Shown here piece by piece: positions 12,520 through 25,357 of a stretch of 64,000 bases of DNA (positions are counted from its first letter, which is position 1; each line of letters opens with the position of its first letter). The stretch is from the human T2T-CHM13v2.0 reference genome, Homo sapiens. The notes beneath the pieces are model-generated. The model was not told the DNA's origin. It ran no database searches and saw nothing but the letters and a program-made list of their open reading frames with translations. The position numbers were made by a program, and so were the translations under genes. The stretch lies in the NCBI RefSeq assembly GCF_009914755.1, contig NC_060929.1; one strand, written 5' to 3'.

Positions 12520-12740
12520 GTGATGTAGCATTAATGGCATCATTAGATAGATCTGGTTAGCTTCTTGTCACCTGGGGCATGGCCTTAGGTGAATTAGACT
12601 TCTAGAATCAATTTCTTCATATGTAAAATAAAGTTAATCATACATTTCTCTCAGCATTGGTGTGAGAAGTCATAGATGTAATGTGTACGTTCATTTAACA
12701 TAGTGCCCAATGCATACTAGGCTTTCAGTAAATAGTGGTT
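12520..12740 (+). mobile_element. MIR
   Basis: MIR core-like tcaatttcttcatatgtaaaata and 3' end ttaacatagtgcccaatgcatactaggctttcagtaaat. Confidence 0.6.
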
Positions 12741-12964
12741 TTGGTAGCCAATTGGAATAAATTACTCATGTTTGAGGCAACTGGCTATTTAAGACAACTA
12801 AGAAACACAGAGTGGGCTGAATCATAGCTGATTTGGTAAGTATGGGCAGGTAAGCAAGTCATACTCTCCACCAGTAGATACCCTATCAGCTAAGGCAAGG
12901 ACACTCAAAAGCTCTGAGGCCCAGAATCTTCAGCGCTTCAGGCATTCCTCACATGCCTTACAGG

Positions 12965-13320
12965 ATAATGGGATGGTTAAAAGTAGTGAATTTAGATTTC
13001 AGAATGACCTACATTCAAGTCCATGCTTTGTGGGTTGCTATTTCTGTGTGCCTTGAAAGATGACTTAAACTTCTTAACTCATATTCTTCACCTAAAAAGT
13101 GAGATGTACAGGTCTAACCTCTTTAGAACATGAACTACCTAAATTTGAATCACAGTTTCACAATTTACTTAGTTACTTATCATATCTCTGATTTAGTATC
13201 CTCACCTTAACACTGGGAACAAATATTGTAACTACTTTATAGGATTGTTAGGAAAACCGAGTCACTCACTAGCCCTTAAAATGGTGCTTGGAACATAAGA
13301 AATATGTACTATAATGTGCT
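12965..13320 (+). mobile_element. Two adjacent MIR fragments
   Basis: Two successive MIR-like cores (atggttaaaag...cttcacctaaaaagtgaga and ctctgatttagtatcctcacc...ataggattgtt...gtgcttggaacataag). Confidence 0.5.
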
Positions 13321-14863
13321 TTTATTACCAGCTATTTAGGAATTTTTGAGCTCCTTTTGAGACCTTACCTACTTGTGATAGTAAATATTATTAGTAGTAA
13401 TCCCCACCTGCTCATGGATGCCACCACATGGCATGCTGTCAATCCTCCACATGCTTTTCTGAGAGACTTTGCAGTTTACCTTCACGTTTACTTACAAGAC
13501 AATGTCACCAGTATGCCCACTACAATTACCACATGACACTCTCCATGTACTTTCCCTCCTACTTTGCCTCACCCTATTTTATATAAAGTCTTGGCAAAGT
13601 AACTTGAAAAGGCTTCTCTGTTGCCACTGCTGTTATAGGATCTCAAATGTCTGTCATTCAAGGCCATTCAAGCGTCCTGTTCTTGTAGTGGGATTCTAGC
13701 AGACATGGAGAAAAGGATACCTCCTTAATTCTCTGTCACACTTTGTCATCTGGGCCTAGAACACTCCTCATGCCTGTAACTGCTTATGTCCATAAGAGCT
13801 CTTGTGAAATCAGCTCCCGCCTCCGACTTCCCTAGGCCTCCAGCCCAGCCCACTCTCAGAAGGGAATAAAGCCCAAGGTCATCCTATTCGCTGCCACGGG
13901 CTCCCCACCACATGCTTCAGGCTTGTAATGATATCATGCTTAGTGGGTGAAAAATGAAAAATGTATTATTGTTACTTATGTGTCCTCTCATGTAGACCAG
14001 CATAATTATTTTTTAATTTTGGAATTCATGGAAGTTAATCAAACTGAATTTGCATATTTGAAGCCTCAGAGACTGATTATTTCTGAAGAACCATATGCCA
14101 GTGGCTGTAAAATGCTGCTCCTTTGTTATACAGTCAAATTTCTTGCTTACCTTTCATGATAAAAGAATTAGTCTGACACAGCACTCTATTCACTACTATA
14201 CTGTCGAATAGTAAACTTTTCTGATCTTTTTATGACTGCCAATAATTTACATAAATAACAACAGCATTAAAGTGCAAACACTGCAGTTCTAGGGAATGAA
14301 AGAACCATTACATTTAGCTTAGTAAGTAAGCATCCTGAATAAAATCCACCAAGAAATCATAAAAATAACAACACACAGATTGTTCTTTATGTTTTTGTGT
14401 ACCTTAGCTCATGTAATTCTAAATTCAGAAGTAATCATTCAAATTCAAATTCTAAAAGGTATGTATTCTGAAGTTGCCATCATCACTTGCTTAAGAAGAA
14501 TCATAAGCTTTAAGTAAGTTGTTTAAAATGTCTACATTTCTTAGCAGTAACTTCTATCCATTATTCAAAAAGGGGCTTTTCTATGTACTTTCTATCATCC
14601 TTTTTTGTTGTCTTGCTGATTAAAACCTTTACTGTAGAAACTTTTTGCTACAGTGTGTATGCACACATGATATTACAATAAATCGCGTGCCAAACAGTAT
14701 TGATAATACATTGTAAATTTATATTAAAGTGGTCATTATATTAGCATTTATATACATTTATATGTTATACAGAGGACCTAAATAACTTGTCTTAAAATGG
14801 TAAAAGTAAAGGTGTTATTCAGGTAATATAAGTGATTTTTCAAGTGTTAATGAAAAGTTGAAA

Positions 14864-14928
14864 ATGTTACTAAGATGTTAATAAGATGTTACTAAGAAGA
14901 TGTTACTAAGCAAAGATGCTTAAGATGT
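14864..14928. repeat. Short degenerate tandem repeat, unit ~TAAGATGTTAC
   Basis: atgttactaagatgttaataagatgttactaagaagatgttactaag is directly visible. Confidence 0.8.
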
Positions 14929-16556
14929 ATGTTTGGAATAGAACAATGTAGGTCTTGCAAAGCCAGTCTGTAAAATTGATGTAGATGACGCTGAGTGATT
15001 ACAGCCAGCACACCAACCTTGAGCAATACTTCACCAAGACATAGATTATAAAGGCATATTCCTTGCTTCCTAACGTTACCTCCACAATATTTTCATCAGT
15101 GAATGCAAAGCTACTGCCATTTTCGTCTTTGTTTCTCTCACTATATGGTTTACTCATGTTCTCCAAAATACGCTGTCTCCTTAAGGAAGTTTTATGGTAT
15201 TTATAATAATAAAGCACTTGGAAATTGTGGAATAGAAGCTAGTTTCTTTGTAAGTATTGATGTTATTTAAATCCTAAGTAGGAACTCGGGATCGATGTAT
15301 TCAAAAATCAAACCAAAATTGTGATTTAATAGAAACTGTTTTTAAAGATTATCATCTAAAATATAGTTGTTCTAAATTTCAACAATTTTAAATATTTTTA
15401 TTAACTTAATACATATATTGAAAAGGGCAGGCATTTTTTACACTAACCAAGTTATTTATGCTGACTTATCAAGTATTTACTGCTGTTTTTGTTATGTGCT
15501 TCATTCTATTTGTGTTAAATGACCTTTAGTCTCTAGTCTAAAGCAATAAAGTGAATGCTTCCTGTCCTATTGATTAGGAAAGGCCTATTTTCACACTAAT
15601 AAAATGGGAAGGCTCGTTTAATAAAATACTTTTTGCTACCAGCGGCCATAGGTGAACTGGAGACTTGACAATGCTGGCAAAGGTCAACTGAGAGGACAGA
15701 GGTCAACTCTGTGGTAAATCAACTTCCAGGAACAAATCACTGGACACTATAAAAATCAAAAGTGGTTCTTTAAGAGACCAACTTGACCCTCCTTAACCAG
15801 AAAATAACATCTGACCTGGCAGTGAAATTTATCACAACATTTCAATTAAAACTTGGCAGGCACACTAGCAGCTTACTGTTCTTCTACAGTTGACCTTGTT
15901 ATAGAAAAAAACAGAGACAGGAGGGGAAAAATGGATATTCTGGATTCATATTGCATAACAAATATAATCTGTACAGTAAGATTTTATCAGTTACATGAAG
16001 TTTTCTAGAAACTAGATTAATATGTTATGAGTGAATAAAATACAATTTTGCATAAATTATTTGCTGTTCAATTGTTTCAGATATCTGATTTTTTTTACGA
16101 TATTAAAAAACAGCCTGTCAATGTTATCAGTTAAGCAATAACCTGAAGGTGTTATATTTTACATACAAGTACATATCTGGAGTTTGGCAGGGCAAACAAA
16201 CATTCTTAAGTATCCTCCTTTTAAATTTATTTTTGCAATCATCTATATATTTACATTCTAGATTTGAAGTAACTTAATCATATGATTTTCCTCTCATGTC
16301 TACCAAACAGAAGTATGATAAAAATAGAGAAAAAATGTATCTTATACATGCCAGTCCTTTTGGGTATGGTAATTATGATCTTAAAACCCAGTATAAGGTA
16401 CAATATTTAAAAATGAATTTTGAATCTAAATGGCATGTATGGTCTCAGCAGTTCTCATCACAGTGGAAGCACTAAGAAAATGTGAATAGATTAACTCAAA
16501 TGGCATCGTATTTTTGACCACAAAGGGTCTTTATAAAAATTTTAAAATCTGAAGTT

Positions 16557-16710
16557 ATCTGGGCGTAGTGACTCACGCCTATAACCCCAGCACTTTGGGA
16601 AGCTGTGGCAGGAGGATTGCTTGAGCCCAGGAGACTGAGGCTGCAGTGAGCAGTGATGATACCACTGCGCTCCAAACCAGACAACAGAGTGAGAACCTGT
16701 TTCAAAAAAA
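16557..16710 (+). mobile_element. Monomeric Alu (FAM/FRAM-like or arm-recombined AluJ)
   Basis: Left-arm-like start (ctcacgcctataaccccagcactttggga), right-arm-like end (gaggctgcagtgagc...gagaacctgtttcaaaa). Upstream TSD aaaatctgaagtt at 16544-16556. Confidence 0.85.
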
Positions 16711-16717
16711 ATCTGAA

Positions 16718-17651
16718 ATCATCGCAACCTACTCATCTGACAAAGGGCTAATATCCAGAATCTACAATGAACTCAAACAAATTTACAAGAAAAAAACAAA
16801 CAACCCCATCAAAAAGTGGGCAAAGGATATGAACAGACACTTCTCAAAAGAAGACATTTATGCAGCCAAAAGACACATGAAAAAATGCTCATCATCACTG
16901 GCCATCAGAGAAATGCAAATCAAAACCACAGTGAGATACCATCTCACACCAGTTAGAATGGCAATCATTAAAAAGTCAGGAAACAACAGGTGCTGGAGAG
17001 GATGTGGAGAAATAGGAACACTTTTACACTGTTGGTGGGACTGTAAACTAGTTCAACCATTGTGGAAGTCAGTGTGGCAATTCCTCAGGGATCTAGAACT
17101 AGAAATACCATTTGACCCAGCCATCCCATTACTGGGTATATACCCAAAGGATTATAAATCATGCTGCTATAAAGACACATGCACACGTATGTTTATTGTG
17201 GCACTATTCACAATAGCAAAGACTTGGAACCAACCCAAATGTCCAACAATGATAGACTGGATTAAGAAAATGTGGCACATATACACCATGGAATACTATG
17301 CAGCCATAAAAAATGATGAGTTCATGTCCTTTTTAGGGACATGGATGAAATTGGAAATCATCATTCTCAGTAAACTATCGCAAGGACAAAAAACCAAACA
17401 CCACATGTTCTCACTCATAGATGGGAATTGAACAATGAGAACACATGGACACAGGAAGGGGAACATCACACTCTGGGGACTGTTGTGGGATGGGGGGGAG
17501 GGGGGAGGGATAGCATTAGGAAATATACCTAATGCTAAATGACGAGTTAATGGGTGCAGACACCAGCATGGCACATGTATACATATGTAACTAACCTGCA
17601 CATTGTACACATGTACCCTAAAACTTAAAGTATAATAATAATAAAAAAAAA
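16718..17651 (+). mobile_element. 5'-truncated young L1 (L1PA3-like): ORF2 C-terminus, 3'UTR and A tail
   Basis: Uninterrupted ORF2 C-terminal peptide ([26 protein letters not shown]...) ending at 17431. The 3'UTR has the G-rich tract and GCTAAATGACGAG. Confidence 0.95.
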
Positions 17652-19779
17652 GTTTGTTACTTCCCTTGAATTATTTCACTGCACATTGTGGCTCAAGTGT
17701 ATAATAAAAGAGTCACAGGAGACAGGGACATTGGCCTCTCCTTTTCTAAAGGTTAAATTTGTGACTCTTTAAAAGCATATCATCGTACCTTTCTCAGTGG
17801 TAGAACAAGATGGCAAAATAGATAATTTTAAAGATCGCTATTTTATCATTAAATGGCTATAATCTCTAAACTTTTCAAATAATAATGAGGCAATCCAAAC
17901 AAGTTACAGAACCAGGATAAAGCTTAGGATTTTATGACTTTTAGGAATTAGAAACATTTAAATGTATAGGTTTTGGTAATACTTTGGAAAAAAAGATACC
18001 ATGCATGTGTTGCCTACTCTATGCAGGCAACAAATTCTAAAATCAAAGAGATGATGGGGCTACTGCTGTTGAGGTAACAGAGGCAAAACATGAGGGAAGT
18101 CGGTAAGGTAATGCTATTATTATGATTAGATAGCTATAGATTTTTATTTATATATTTATAATCATTGTATCTATTTAATATTAATGATAATACTAAAATA
18201 TGTAAACATATTCTAGATCATTCAGCTAGTGACCTTATAACAGATGTCAGTGTTTGTATTAACAATTTTATTTTTAATCAAATTGGCATTTATCAGTACT
18301 CTTTAATAACCACAGGCTCTAAAGTAAAGACCTGAGATGAGTGGTATACATGAGGGATTAAGGCCAAACAACAACCCAACACTGCAAATGAAAGTTTCAC
18401 AAAAAATCAAATAGACCAGAGTCAGGGTGGGAGGAATTAAAGCAGCATAGGACTCACTATAAAATAGTGATGAAAGGAAACTGCAGTGACAATATTCCTT
18501 TGCAAAGTGCTTATGTAATTGGTTTCAGCAAAACATTTTCCATTATTGCATTCATATTTATGTTTGAATTGTATTAGAATTTGACTTTGTTTTTCATTTG
18601 TAGTAACTTTTTGCAGAATGAAAGCTAACAAAGGAGGAGAGAGTGATACAACCCTGGGGGGTCATGTCAGTGTGGAAGAGTTGGGAAAATGTGTTTTCAA
18701 GGTAAATGGAGTAGCTAGATGAAGACTCGAGGAAAGATAGAATAGTCTCTAAAGAAGAACTGGTAGCTGGGCAGAGAGAAAAAAGTGCTCTCTGCCTGAG
18801 ATGAAATTGGAGATTGTTGGCAATGTTTAAATATTCTTTGCAACTTTTGTGTCATGCTTTTATTATTGTTTTAAATTACTCAAATACTTAAAATAGAATT
18901 TTAAAGGAACTATTTACAACTTACATGTTAATGTTAATAAATATGTTTATATTCTCAATCCAGAATGTTGCCAGTCAATATATTTCTGAAAAGGATTTTC
19001 CTAGGATGAAGCAACCACAAACGTTCCATGCTCAGAATTCCCCTCAAAAGAACCTTCTGCAGAAAGCAAATTTAGCTGACAGCTTTCAGCTGCCACCATT
19101 TTTGATGCATCAAGGTAGTCATCCAGGGCCACATTTACCTTGCATTGCTCTCATCCACTGATTGAACATACTTTGTATATATTATACTTGCAGTAATCTC
19201 GAAAGATTAAAGATAGTTATTTAAATGTTTAATATTATATACTATGCACATTTAAGAAGAAAGAAATTTGGTGACAGAGAGCTTACCAAAGTGTATAATT
19301 TACCACAAAATGTTTACCACAAAACACAAGAAATCATAAATCTTTAAGCTAGATGATCTATAGCTTTTTAAAAAGTTCCAAATTGCTAGGAAAAAATTGT
19401 CTTTTGAATTTTCTTATAGTATTTTTCTCTGAGAATGTCATCCAAAGAGATTGTTCATGAAGGCTGTAACAGAAACTATAATTAATAATATTTATCTATA
19501 AAAAGTAAAGATGGAGAGTGAGAAATATTTTCAATTTTATATTCAGTTAATATTTTTATAACAAACTGCATTACCTTTGCATTTAGAAAAAAATTATAAA
19601 AGTCAGGCCCTAAAATTTCTGAGTTCTCAATATGTTTACTTTTATACTATTGGTTTTATGAACTGAGTGCCATAGTTATATATTAAAATTATAATTGTAT
19701 AATTACATGATAAACATATATTTATACATAAAACATAAGTAAGAATTAATATGTTCAACATTTCAAATCCCTGTAATTT

Positions 19780-19885
19780 TCTTGACCAGAAAACTGGCTT
19801 AGAAAATCAATCGTATTGCCAAAGTTCATGTATGTATGTTTTGATAGAGCCAGCACTAGAAACCCTGTCTTTTGACTCAGTCAAT
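19780..19885 (-). mobile_element. MIR fragment
   Basis: gaaaactggcttagaaaa...tgccaaagttca...agagccagcactagaaaccctgtcttttgactc. Confidence 0.45.
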
Positions 19886-19894
19886 CTATTAGAC

Positions 19895-20160
19895 TAAAGT
19901 CTTTTAGTGAGTGCATTCTATATGCCATTCTACAGTAGATGCTGGGGATACAACTGTAAGCAAGGCAAATGCTATCTCTGCCTTCATGGGACTTACATTC
20001 TGTCACAGAAGATAAATGTAATCAAATAAGTAGAAGTTTTGAGAAATATGCTTAATAAGTACCAAATGATTTAGAAATATGTAATGGGGTTCCTAATCTA
20101 GTTGGAGGGATTGGGAAAGGCTTTCCTATTGAAATGTCATTTGGGTTAAAACATGGATGG
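19895..20160 (-). mobile_element. L2 fragment
   Basis: gagtgcattctatatgcca...tgctggggatacaactgt...ctctgccttcatgggacttacattct is the reverse L2 3' region. Confidence 0.65.
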
Positions 20161-20606
20161 TTTATTTTTATATTTACTTTTTTTTTTTTAAACTTGACTA
20201 TCTTATCCTATGCCATGTAGCAGGTTGTACTAAAGTGGCAATTGCATGCATGTTTCAAGTCATTATTCTCAGTGCCTACTTACCAGGCACTGAAAATTCC
20301 CTTTACATCTAGTATTTACTATTGCATTATGCAGGGATTCATGTCTATCAATATGATCAGCAATATTTCAGCCACAGCACTTATCAACCAAGGAAACACT
20401 TTCTCCTGAATACCATGTGTTTTCACCTGAATTATTTCTGAACCAAACTGGGTCCTTTATATGTAGAATCTTTTATCCTTATGTAGAAAATTAGTGTTGA
20501 AAGGAGATTAAAATATTAGTATTAAAATATTTTAATATGTGGTAATATTAGAGATATAAATTGAGCAGTTATTAAATAAATGTGATAAACTTTCTATTGA
20601 TAGTGA

Positions 20607-21123
20607 TGTATTTAGTTTTCATTGCTGCTATAACCAATTACCCCAAACTTACTGGCCTAAGCACTGCAAGTTTTTTTTTATAGTTTTCCAGGTCAGAAGC
20701 TCAACATAGGTCTCACTAAGCTAAGTTCAAGTTGTGCACAGGACTGCCTTTCTTTCTGGAAATCCTGAAGGAGAATCCATTTCCTTTCCACTGCAAATTT
20801 ATAGGAGCTCCCCACATTCTTTGGCTCATGTCCTACTTCCTCTTTCTGCAAAGCCAGCAACATTATTGTATCTCTCCAACCACTCTTCCATAGCCACATC
20901 TTCCTCTGACCACAACTGGGAAAGGTTCTTTCCTTTTAAAGACTTAAAATCGTTATACTGAGCCCACCAGATAATCGAGGATAATCCTCCCTTTTTAAGT
21001 CTTCAATTTAATTACATTAGCCATATCCTTTCTGACATGTAAGGTAACATATTGTCAGGTTCCATGGATTAGGATGTGGATATCTTTTGTGGGGAGAGGG
21101 CAGGCATTATTTTGTCTACTTCA
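20607..21123 (-). mobile_element. MaLR LTR (MLT1D-like)
   Basis: Runs from tgtatttagttttcattgctgctataaccaattacc to ggattaggatgtggatatc...attattttgtctacttca. Confidence 0.8.
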
Positions 21124-22158
21124 GGTTGAATATTATGCTTAATCTTTCATGTTCAACTACTTGGTAAAAATAAATGAAAATGTAATTTGTAGAGAAGAAA
21201 AAAATAGATTAAATATTAGTATACCACAAGTATTTTAAATCCTCCCTTTAGAAATATCTTCATTCAAAATTTGTAAAACTTGTCATGAACCTCAAACAGT
21301 AAACCTTCAGTAGACTCCATAAAACATGGTTTGCAAATGGTCAGCCTATTATATTTGAAATTACAGAGTTATGATACAAAACTGATAGCGATAACTTCTC
21401 TTTGTGGTAGCAGAAATAAAACTAATACCAACCGTGTCACATAGTTTTGTACATATCAGAAATCTATAAACATTGCAAATATAAAATAATAATATTCTAA
21501 ATCACATTTTAAAATGCTCTAATGTAGGACTAACAATAATGGGCTGGTCCTACATTGAAAATTGTTAAAATTCACAAGGTTTCTCATTAAGATATTTTTC
21601 CTTTGGTTTGTTATCAAGTCATGTCAAAGTGGTGCATGTAAAATACACCAGGCATGGAGACTGGGGAGCAGGAGCAGTTTTCTGGTTCTTCCTTTGTTCC
21701 TCATGAAGCCGAGCCTGAAGTTAAATGAGGAAAGCAACCTGAATGGAGAGAAAAAACTCTCCAAGTCAGAAAGAAAAGATCAAAGCGATCTTTGTCCTTT
21801 GTACCTTCAGGTTGGAAAATGAACAATGTCATCACTCAAGGGGGTTCCTAATATCTTTACTTTCCACTTATATCATTGTTAGTTTGTTTCATGTTTGATT
21901 TTTCATTGGGCCCATTAAGGGCCTATTATTGTCTACCATATACATTTTAAAAAATTGGTCCTTAATACAGCCTTTTGGTACCAAGAGGGCATAAATTATT
22001 TTTGGAGTGTTTTACTATATTCTAACAAGATCGTTCTTCCTGGGAATAGTAAATGTGACTTCCAAACATAATATACTCCTTTATTCAAAAGCAACCAGTC
22101 CCCAGTTGTGGAGACCCAACAAAATTAATTATTTAGCATATTATTTATCTATGCTGGT

Positions 22159-22191
22159 TATATTAGAATTATCTAGAGAAATAGAACCAAT

Positions 22192-22257
<66 letters not shown>

Positions 22258-22875
22258 GATCTATGAGAAAGCATTTATTAGGGGAATTGGCTCATGTTAT
22301 TATGGAGGCTGAGAAGTTCCATCATAGGCTGTCTGCAAGCTGGAGAACCAGGGAAGCCAGAAGCATGACTCAGTCCAAGTTCAAAGGCCTCAGAGTCAGG
22401 GAAGCTGATGGTGTTACTTTCAGTCTGAGTTGAAAGTCTGAGAAACTGGGGCTGCTGGTGCAAATTCCTGAGTCCAAAGGCCAGAGAACCTGGAGTTCTA
22501 ATGTCCAAGAGCAGGGAAAGAAGCCTGAGTTGAAAGTCTGAGAAACTGGTGCTGCTGGTATGAGTTCTGTAGTCCAAAGGCCAGAGAACGTGGAGTTCTA
22601 AAGTCCGAGAGCAGGGGAAGAAGAGTGTCAATTCCAGAAGACAGAGAGAGAATGTGAATTTGTCTTTCCTCTGTCCTTTTGTTCTATTTGAGTCCTCAGC
22701 CAGTTTCTTGATGGCCACCCACACTGGGTGAGAGGACATCTTTTTTATTCAGTCCACTGATTCAAATGCCAGTCTCTTCTGGAGACACTCTTACAGACAT
22801 AACCAGAAGTACTGCTTTACTAATTAACTAGGTATCACTGAATCTAGTCAAGTTGACACAAAATTAATCAACACA
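22159..22875 (-). mobile_element. ERVL solo LTR (MLT2B-like) with (AT)n and an internal 100-bp duplication
   Basis: gaaatagaaccaatagg...gaattggctcatg...ggaggctgagaagttcc...agtcaagttgacacaaaattaatcaacaca. Near-TSD ctggt/atggt. Confidence 0.85.
22197..22250. repeat. (AT)n microsatellite
   Basis: Pure AT dinucleotide run inside the MLT2 LTR. Confidence 0.95.
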
Positions 22876-22889
22876 ATGGTGCATGTCTA

Positions 22890-25357
22890 AGGCCAAAATC
22901 CTTAATGAACATAGAAAAAAAAACCCTCAACAAAATACTAGTAAACCAAATCCAGCAGCACATGAAAAAGCTAACCTACCACAATCAAGTGGGCTTTATC
23001 CCTGGAATGCAAGACTGGTTTATATATGCAAATTAATAAGTGTGATTCAACACATAAACAGAACTTAAACCAAAATTCACATGGCCATCTCAATAGATGC
23101 AGAAAATGCTTTCACTAAAATTCAACATCCCTTCATGTTAAAAATCCCCAACAAACTGGACATTGAAGAAACACCTCAAAATAACAAGAGCCATCTATGA
23201 TAAACTCACAGCCAACATCATACTGAGCGGGCAAAAACTGAAAGCATTCCTGTTGAGAAATGGAACAAGAAAAGGATGCCCACTCTCATCACTCCTATTC
23301 AGCAAAGTACTGAAAGTCCTAGCCAGAACAATTAGGCAAGAGAAAGAAATAAAAATTATCCAAACAGGAAGAGAGGAGGTCAAAATATTTCTGTTTTCAT
23401 ACACTATGACTGTATACCTAGGAAACCTCGTAGTTTCTGCCCAAAATCTCCTGGATTTGATAAACAACTTCAGCAAAGTGTTAGGATACAAAAATCACTG
23501 TACAAAAATCAGCAGCATTTCTAAACACCAAAAACATCTAAGCAGAGAGCCAAATCAAGATTACAACCCCATTCACAATAGCCACAAAGATAATAAAATC
23601 CCTAGGAACACAGTTAAATAGGGAAATGAAAGATCTGTACAATGAGAATCATAAAACATTGCTCAAAGAAACCAGATATGACACAAACAAATGGAAAAAA
23701 CATTTCATGCTCACGGATATGAAGAATCAATATTGTTAAAATGGTCATACTGCCCAACGCAACTTACAGATTCAATGCTATTCCTATCAAATCATCAATG
23801 ACATTCTTCACAGAATTAGAAAAATATCTTAAAATTCATATGGAACAAGAAAAACTCAAATAGCCAGGCAATCTTAAGCAAAAAAAGAAAAGCTGGAGGC
23901 ATCACATTACCCAGCCTCAAAATATACTACAAGACTATAGTAAGCCAAACAACATGGTACTGGTACAGAAACAGACACACAGACTAGTGGAACAGAATAG
24001 AGAGCTCATACATAAAGCCACACACCTGTGACCATTTGATCTTCAAAAAGTGGACAAAAACAAACAATGGGGAAAGAACTCCCTGTTCAATAATTGGTCC
24101 TGGGATAACCGGCTAGCCAAATACAGAAGATTAAAGCTAGAAATTTTCCTTACACCATATACAAAAATCAACTCAATATGGGTTAATTAGACTAAAATCT
24201 AAAACCAAAAACTATAAAAACCCTGGAAGATAACTTAGGCAATACTATTCTGGACATAGGCCCTGGCAAAGATTTCATGACAAAGATGCCAAAAGCAATT
24301 ACAACAATAACAAAAAATTGACAAATGGGACCTAAGTAAACTAAAGAGTTTCTGGACAGCCAAAGAAGCTGTCAACAGAGTCACAGACAACCTACAGAAT
24401 AGGAAAAAAAAATTGCAAACTATGCAGCTGACAAAGGTCTAATATCTATAAGGAATTTGAACAAAATAACTAGCAAAAACCAAAGAACCTCATAAAAATT
24501 GTACAAAGAACATGAAAAGATACTTTTGAAAAGAAGACATACACATGGTCAACAAGCATAAAAACATTCTCAACATCACCAATCATTAGAGAAATGCAAA
24601 TCAAAACCACAATGAGATCCCATCTCACACCTGTCAGAATGGCTGTCATTAAAAAGTCAAAAAATGACAGATGCTGGTGAGGTTGCAGGAAAAAGGGAAC
24701 GCTTATGCATTGCTGATGAAAATGTAAAGTAGTTCAGCCATTGTGGAAAGCAATTTGGCAACTTCTCAAAGAACTTAAAACAGAACTACCATTTACCCCA
24801 GCAATCCCATTACTGGGTATATAACCAAAGAAGTATAATTTTTCTACCATAAAAACACATGCATGCTTATGTTAATCACAGCACTACTCATAATTGCAAA
24901 GTCCTGAAATCAATCAAGATGCCCATGGATGATAGACCGGATAAAGAAAATGTGGTACATATACACTATGGAATACTACACAGCAATAATAAAAAATAGG
25001 TCTTGTTCTTTGCAGCAACATGGATGGAACTGGAGGCCATAACCCTAAGCAAACTAATACAGGAACAGAAAAACAAATACGACATGTTCTCACTTATAAG
25101 TGGGAGCTAAACATTGAGTACACATGGACACAAGGAAGGGAACAACAGACACACGGGCCTAGTTCAGGGTGGAGGTTCGTAGGAGGCTCAAGATCAAAAA
25201 ACTACATATCAGATACTAGGCTTATTACTTGCATGATGAAATAATCTGTACACCAAATCCCTGTGAACACAATTTACCTACGTAACAAATGTGCACAGGT
25301 ACCCCTGAACCTAAAATAAAAGTTAAATAACAAACAAACAAAAAAAGAAAATAAAAA
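22890..25357 (+). mobile_element. 5'-truncated L1 (L1PA15/16-like), disrupted ORF2 and 3'UTR
   Basis: ORF2 RT-region fragments ([13 protein letters not shown]). The 3'UTR ends acccctgaacctaaaataaaagttaaa. Confidence 0.9.

Noticed and set aside
12836-12855. Two adjacent strong donors (gtaagt, gtaagc)
   Set aside because: No convincing upstream acceptor, and the upstream flank is MIR-derived.
16646-17431. 261-aa ORF, the longest in the window
   Set aside because: It is the L1 ORF2 C-terminus, extended in frame by chance into an Alu from a non-ATG (GTG) start. It is not a host gene.
18617-18701. 85-nt candidate exon in frame with E5 (MKANKGGESDTTLGG...)
   Set aside because: Moderate splice sites and the region looks like decayed antisense L2. 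The frame fit could be chance.
22278-22739. 153-aa ORF with an internal repeat
   Set aside because: It lies wholly in the MLT2B LTR, and the repeat reflects the 100-bp DNA duplication.
22883-23621. ORFs with RT-like motifs
   Set aside because: Frameshifted fragments of a truncated L1 ORF2.
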